A stretch of 50,536 bases of DNA from Catajapyx aquilonaris. Its lineage: Eukaryota. The stretch is taken from assembly GCA_000934665.2 (NCBI GenBank), contig JYFJ02002805.1:1-50536 (forward strand). Reading direction: 5' to 3'. Positions 45,301-50,536 of this stretch are shown here, in pieces; the stretch's first letter is position 1; each line of letters starts with the position of its first letter. The notes beneath the pieces were generated by a model that saw nothing but the letters and a program-made list of their open reading frames with translations, was not told the origin of the DNA and did no database searches. A program made the translations under genes and the position numbers.

Positions 45301-48037
45301 AGGCACCGATTGATAGGTAGCACAACGCATTGTCACATAGATGCATGGGCTATTAGTATGCTATGGCTGCTGCAGAGAAACCTATTTATAAACTTCAGTA
45401 AGGGCTAAAGCAAAACGTGGCCCATTTACTAATGAATCCCCATACATATATCCTATGACGGCCTTCTGCCTAAATACCTCTCAGTCTGCTTTCAGAGATT
45501 CTTCAGTTTTAGCATTACAACATTCCTGAATGAATGGATTCAGTGAGTGTGTCAGTTAATTATACATATCACACCTCACCTCAAATCACATACCAATGCT
45601 CACATTCATTCATTCATTCATTCATTTACATGACGGCATAATCCCAGACATGGGGTAGCCAGCAACGACTAGAAGTGTATACACCTAGTCGTCTACCAAT
45701 GCTCACGATTGTTAATAAATTGTAGGTAGGTCCACCACTACCTGTATTAATAATGGCATCATACAGAGAACAGTAGTTTTCATCAAAATGTACATTACAC
45801 TACATATTTGAAATACATTTTTAAAAAGCCAAGTTTAGAGGTGAAGAGAGTTTAGTTAGTTTCAGTAGCCATGGGTTAGATGGGAACTGAGCAACATACC
45901 GAGTCCAGAAACTGTAAATGCATGATGGAGGTCTTGGTTGTGCATGCATGTAGATCGGGGATAAAAATACAATCTGGATCATCCGCCAAATGTTTCTCAC
46001 AGTATGCACTGTCTTCGTACCCATCGAGTGAACTGTAATATAATAATTTAATATGAATGATCAGTCCCACAACATTTTTGCTGTACCAAGAAAATGCTAC
46101 GAACCATACCTGTAGTTTCCATGTAAAGTGCCATTCTGGTAGCAACCATTTAGCCAGACCTCTTGTGTGCCAGGGTCACTGTAGGCATATGGATAGACTT
46201 CATCACTAGAGTATCCATACTCCTCAAATACACCCCAGCGATAATGTGCCCATTCATGAACTATGGCTTTAGCTGCAGTAGCATATAAAAAGGATAAAAT
46301 TATTAGGCCTATTATAATATGCAGTCACATCTACTCATACCACAATAATGTAAGTTATTTCTTGAACCATCTGCCAGGATGTGAATTAGAAGTTCCTCAT
46401 AGGCTCAGAATATTATTGTATGCAGTTCTTATTGTAATTACTTTACTTCATATACAGTAAGTATGTGGGATGTTTCATTTGTTAAGGTACTTAAATATGC
46501 AGTTGAAAATCTTTCTATGGAAGAAATTAATTCTCAAGATGACTGATATAATCACAAAAGCCTAACCTGCACATCTATTGTGTGTGTGCAGGGTTCGGAA
46601 TATTTTCTTCCATATTCTCTTCAGAAATAAAGTCAAACAGAGGATTGTTTTGCATACAAATTTTCTCCTTAGGATAATTTTACGTAGCCTAGTTTAGTAC
46701 AGTACTTAGGAATCTAACTTGTAGCACTCCTCAGTATCTTGCAAGACCATACTGAGTTCTCTGGTGCATTGATCAGATACATTTAGAGGGCATGATTCCA
46801 GTATTATAAAATTATTGTGAGATGGCTAGGATGGCATCAATTCTGTATATCCATTACGGATGTAATGGAATGAATTTATTAAAGAATGATATTAAATTAG
46901 GCAATAATTTCATTATTTAATGATAACAACAGCACCACCATCATGACATTTCCCTATAAGGGGTAGTCAGCGATGAAGGAGACGCAAGTTAACCCCACAT
47001 GTGAACTAAAACAACACCCCACTCATCAGCAAAACCATTTAAAACTTACATATTTACACACCAGTATACAATTTACATGCATGCATTTTGGGAACAATTG
47101 GTCAATATTAAAAATAATGGTACAAGCACTTACCTCGAGGTCCAATTCTTTCGTAAGTCCTATCACGATCAAATATGAAGTTGGCTGTCAACTGAATGAA
47201 TTCAGAACCCAGCCCACATGGCTTGGATTGTTGTGTTACAGGAATGAATGCATCTTGAACATTAGGGTCAGGGTTAGGAACTATAATCTGTATATCTGCA
47301 GAACTAAATGTTTGCCTGCAATGATAACACATATATGAGAAATCTTCGATGGTTGCTTAATCATAGCTTTTGTTACAAAATTTATTTCTCTACATGGAAA
47401 AGCCCTTTAAAAAACTTAATATTCTTGCACTATATTATCATAAGGCCAACAAGGGAAAATTTCTTCTGAAGAGGTCATTCCTGTTACATGCATTGCAACC
47501 TCTGAAGTGGAAATTTCAGTCACAGATTTGTGCAGGTAATGAATCACTGCATAATTATTTCTGAATGGAAAATGTCATAATCTAGCATTATCCTGACCTA
47601 CTCTTCTTACTACCAGGGTATACCCATCATTATGCTTAGTTCTGCAGTTAACACAATTTTACCAAGGTTGTGCTAAGCCTTCAATTGTCACATTTTGACT
47701 CCATGATGATGGGACCAGAACATCAATGTTTCGGAAAAATGCTCTGTGATTGGTTGCCTCAAACAAAAAGTCAGATGCCTCAGAAAACACAGTCTAGAAT
47801 GATAAAAATACATGTGCAAAATTTTTGTTGTTTCAAAAGTGCCTGTAACGTGACAATTAATATTACACATACCTTAATTTCATTCGAAAATTCCTGTGCA
47901 GTCATGCCTCCCATATTCATGTGATCTGCTAATGCCACCAAAACATTGTCGTATCCATTATTTTGTAACACTACTCGACTGGACAAGGCACAGTTGGCTG
48001 ATAGCACCAGTAAAAGAATCTTTAGCAGGTTCTCCAT
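39390..48037 (-). CDS. Calcium-activated chloride channel regulator (CLCA)-family protein; exons 48037-47873, 47793-47663, 47315-47134, 46272-46110, 46032-45900, 44028-43798, 43724-43191, 42838-42605, 42509-42212, 42144-41968, 41907-41792, 40930-40804, 39917-39727, 39665-39390
   Basis: Signal peptide, then LQNNGYDNVLVA, LFEATNHRAFFRNIDVLVP, VHEWAHYRWGVFEEY, FCDANTHNFEAPNKQNDLC, a vWA domain, LKDDG..PDLISGDGVYSAYF, FN3-like PNPVTDL..ITLQWT, GDVSN, a T/P-rich stalk and a hydrophobic C-terminus. Confidence 0.9.
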
Positions 48038-48285
48038 GTCTGCTGAGCAATTGACATCACCTCTGTGTTATGACAATCATGTACAGAGGAAGACATACTA
48101 TAAAAATGAGCATCTCCTGAAGATAAGATGAGATATAGTTTGACGTAGACACATGTGTCATACTTATCAGTAATCATATAGACTTTCCTGTTCATATGGT
48201 ACTGTAAGTTACACAAAAAATCCACTTACAAATCAATTAATGCGTAGTGTCAGTCTCTATCAGAATTGGTTATAAGCATGATAAC

Positions 48286-48643
48286 TTGGACATAATATCC
48301 TTTTGTTGAGGAAGTTTGCGTTCGGGCATTGATTATTATAATTATTATCAACACTGTATCTCCTGGATGTATCATTTTCCTCATTTGAACCTTAAAAATT
48401 GTGATTGATGGCACATAAAGACATACATCCTGCTATTATGATACAACGCTGCTGATAAGGGTCCTTAAAGACTGGTATTTACAAAGAGTCCACTAAGATG
48501 TCCCTAAGTGCCTAAGAGGTCACAGGCCTGTCATGGGTCATTGGACATAATATCCTTTTGTTGAGGAAGTTTGCATTCGGGCATTGATTATTATTATTAT
48601 CAACACTGTATCTCCTGGATGTATCATTTTCCTCATTTGAACC
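48286..48643 (+). repeat. ~105-bp direct repeat pair (48286-48391 and 48541-48643) upstream of the CLCA gene
   Basis: ttggacataatatccttttgttgaggaagtttgc...cctcatttgaacc is present twice, differing by a substitution and a small indel in a (TTA)n tract. Confidence 0.9.
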
Positions 48644-48945
48644 GTGAAAATTACGTTGCAGGCAATAATAATAAACTAATAGCCATAGGCAATACAACTG
48701 CTACAACAAAGCTGTCATACAAAGAAATTTTAGTGGATTTTAGGTTGTGCAATTTTCTGCTGCATCTCTAAAACAATTTTGCAACCACATGAAATAGATA
48801 CCGTATATGCAACAAAATGGCATTACTGGCTGCAAACTGCACTCATTATTATCAATATGTGTACGAGTACATTCCCATTCACATCAATCAAGAAGAATTT
48901 CTTGGGACAGGATCAAGGCATAACAATGAATAATGAACCACACTA

Positions 48946-49245
48946 ACCGAAGCAGGTTGGCATAGTGGATAAGGCGTCCGACTGCTAATCGGGAGGTCCT
49001 GGGTTCGAATCCCGGGGCCGGCAACTCTGACCGTGGTTTTCTGTGGTTTCACACGGTCCTTCCAGGGAAATTCCGGAGTTGCTTCCGTAATTAATAGGCC
49101 ACAGCCGCTTCCTTCCGTCCCTATCCTATCCCAAAGAGCACAGTAAAGTGAAAGCGAAGAGTTCCAGGCAAAACAAACTTCCCCCCTAAAGAGCCGATGG
49201 CTGATAACGGGGTATGAATGATTTATTATTATTATTATTATTATT
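48946..49245 (+). mobile_element. tRNA-derived SINE family B, full length with TSD
   Basis: tRNA-like head at 48952-49023 (A box TGGCATAGTGG, B box GGTTCGAATCC), body GGTTTTCTGTGGTTTC...GGCCACAGCCGCTTCCTTCC, (TTA)n tail, and a 13-bp direct repeat ATGAACCACACTA at 48933-48945 and 49246-49258. Confidence 0.92.
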
Positions 49246-50536
49246 ATGAACCACACTATCACCATTTCTGTAGATACTTACTTTAATACTATGCATACTA
49301 TGGAAAGCAAGCGTGGAATGCAGGAGTACAGATACTTCACGCAATTTTGCTTTTCTTTTCTAATTCATGTATTATACCAGAGTGGTCAGTAACTGCCAGG
49401 ATACACAACTGATAAGAGTACTCCTTGCTGTAGTTGTAAGACCAATTAAAAAAAAAAAAAAACAATATCATAACATCGTGGTTGGCTGTAAGATGTAATT
49501 AGATCAGGAGGTGACATTTTAATTTTGATTACTTTAACCAACTTTAATTCTGGTGATGTAGGGAATATCCTGGAAGCATTTCACATTCCAAATAAGGAGC
49601 CCTGTTAAATGTGTGGGGGCGATAATTTAATCAAAACTTATTTTCAAATACATACCGTAATTAAGCCTGAATTTTAAGATTGACATTAAGTATTTTGGCC
49701 CTGTGGTAGGCCAACGTGACCTTGCGTGAAAGAATTCCTTATGTTTCTAATCAGCTGTTGTACTGTACTATATACGACAGATAGTTTCATACACCCCGCA
49801 AACGAGCTTTATCCTGGCTATCCTAAGCAACCCACACGGCATGATAACAGAAGCGAGTCAGCGGCAACAGGGCTTGGGGGGTGTTGCTCGGCTACGGAAC
49901 CAGGTGGGGTGTCGCTGGACTGACCTTGCGTACCCCGTAAGCGATGAAGCTTTTTTTTTGATATTTTTTGACTTGCCCATGCCGGAGGATAAATATAACC
50001 ATCATGTCCTTTCACTAAATGCGCGCATACGAGCTTGATGGCTGCATTCTGCATATAATAAGATATCATTGAACTTAGGAAGCATTCTGTTTGCTTTTGT
50101 GTGCTGATTGTGTGCTGCTGCAATTAACTAATTGATACATTTAAAAGGAGCGTGGGACGGGGGAGGGGGGAGTCATTTGAATGATAAGAACCCATCAAAC
50201 AAGAGCGAATGCCAGCAAAGGCTGGATGCCTCAGGGGTTCGAAGCCCTTCTGGAGCCACAGCTGGATTATATTTAATTGTTTCTTCTGTTAATATTTTTT
50301 CTCCCCGGCATTGTCCTCAAATGATAATTTTACAGATCCTCCCCTGTCTAAAACTATATATTGGCCAGAAATATGCCCCGGACGTAATTATTCGTCCCTT
50401 GACCTACCCTTAAACCCGCGCGAATGTTGGCGGTGTGGACACGGGATTATTCGGCATAAACGAACAAGATATTGAGCACCCATTCCATGGTTCCATGATG
50501 GTGCCATTCTGTAGGTCTGACACGATACTTCTGAGG

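Noticed and set aside
48952..49023. tRNA-Ser(GCT) gene
   Set aside because: It lacks the Ser variable arm, has an acceptor mismatch, and is embedded in an element with a SINE body, (TTA)n tail and TSD.
49726..50413. Short ORFs at the right end of the window
   Set aside because: No recognisable motifs or consistent exon structure; possibly repeat-derived.

Overview
This is eukaryotic, intron-containing, AT-rich genomic DNA, most likely from an arthropod (inferred from the protein families and SINE types; I cannot name the species). From left to right it holds a Helitron 3' end; a tandem array of two intact GT11 alpha-1,2-fucosyltransferase genes with a decayed third copy between them; a compact housekeeping block; an orphan secreted acidic mucin-like gene with a GPI-type tail (-); and a 14-exon CLCA-family gene (-). 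The housekeeping block alternates head-to-head and tail-to-tail: GBE1(-)/RCL1(+), DBT(-)/HSD17B12(+), BABAM1(-)/F-box-LRR(+) followed by TMEM60(+), then a PIP-box orphan(-) and DNAJC24(-)/TADA3(+). Introns and intergenic DNA carry two tRNA-derived SINE families, a pogo-like MITE, a mariner/Tc1 relic and several palindromes or foldbacks. The most notable items are an unannotated ~169-aa protein with a canonical PCNA-binding PIP box and a tandem array of CDK-type SPx(K/R) sites, two candidate dicistronic gene pairs, two GC-AG introns, a CLCA with an intact protease motif but degenerate MIDAS, and an inverted SINE pair in an intron. Exon boundaries were read by eye from GT/GC-AG sites, phase and protein motifs. 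No database searches were run, so family assignments rest on recalled motifs.
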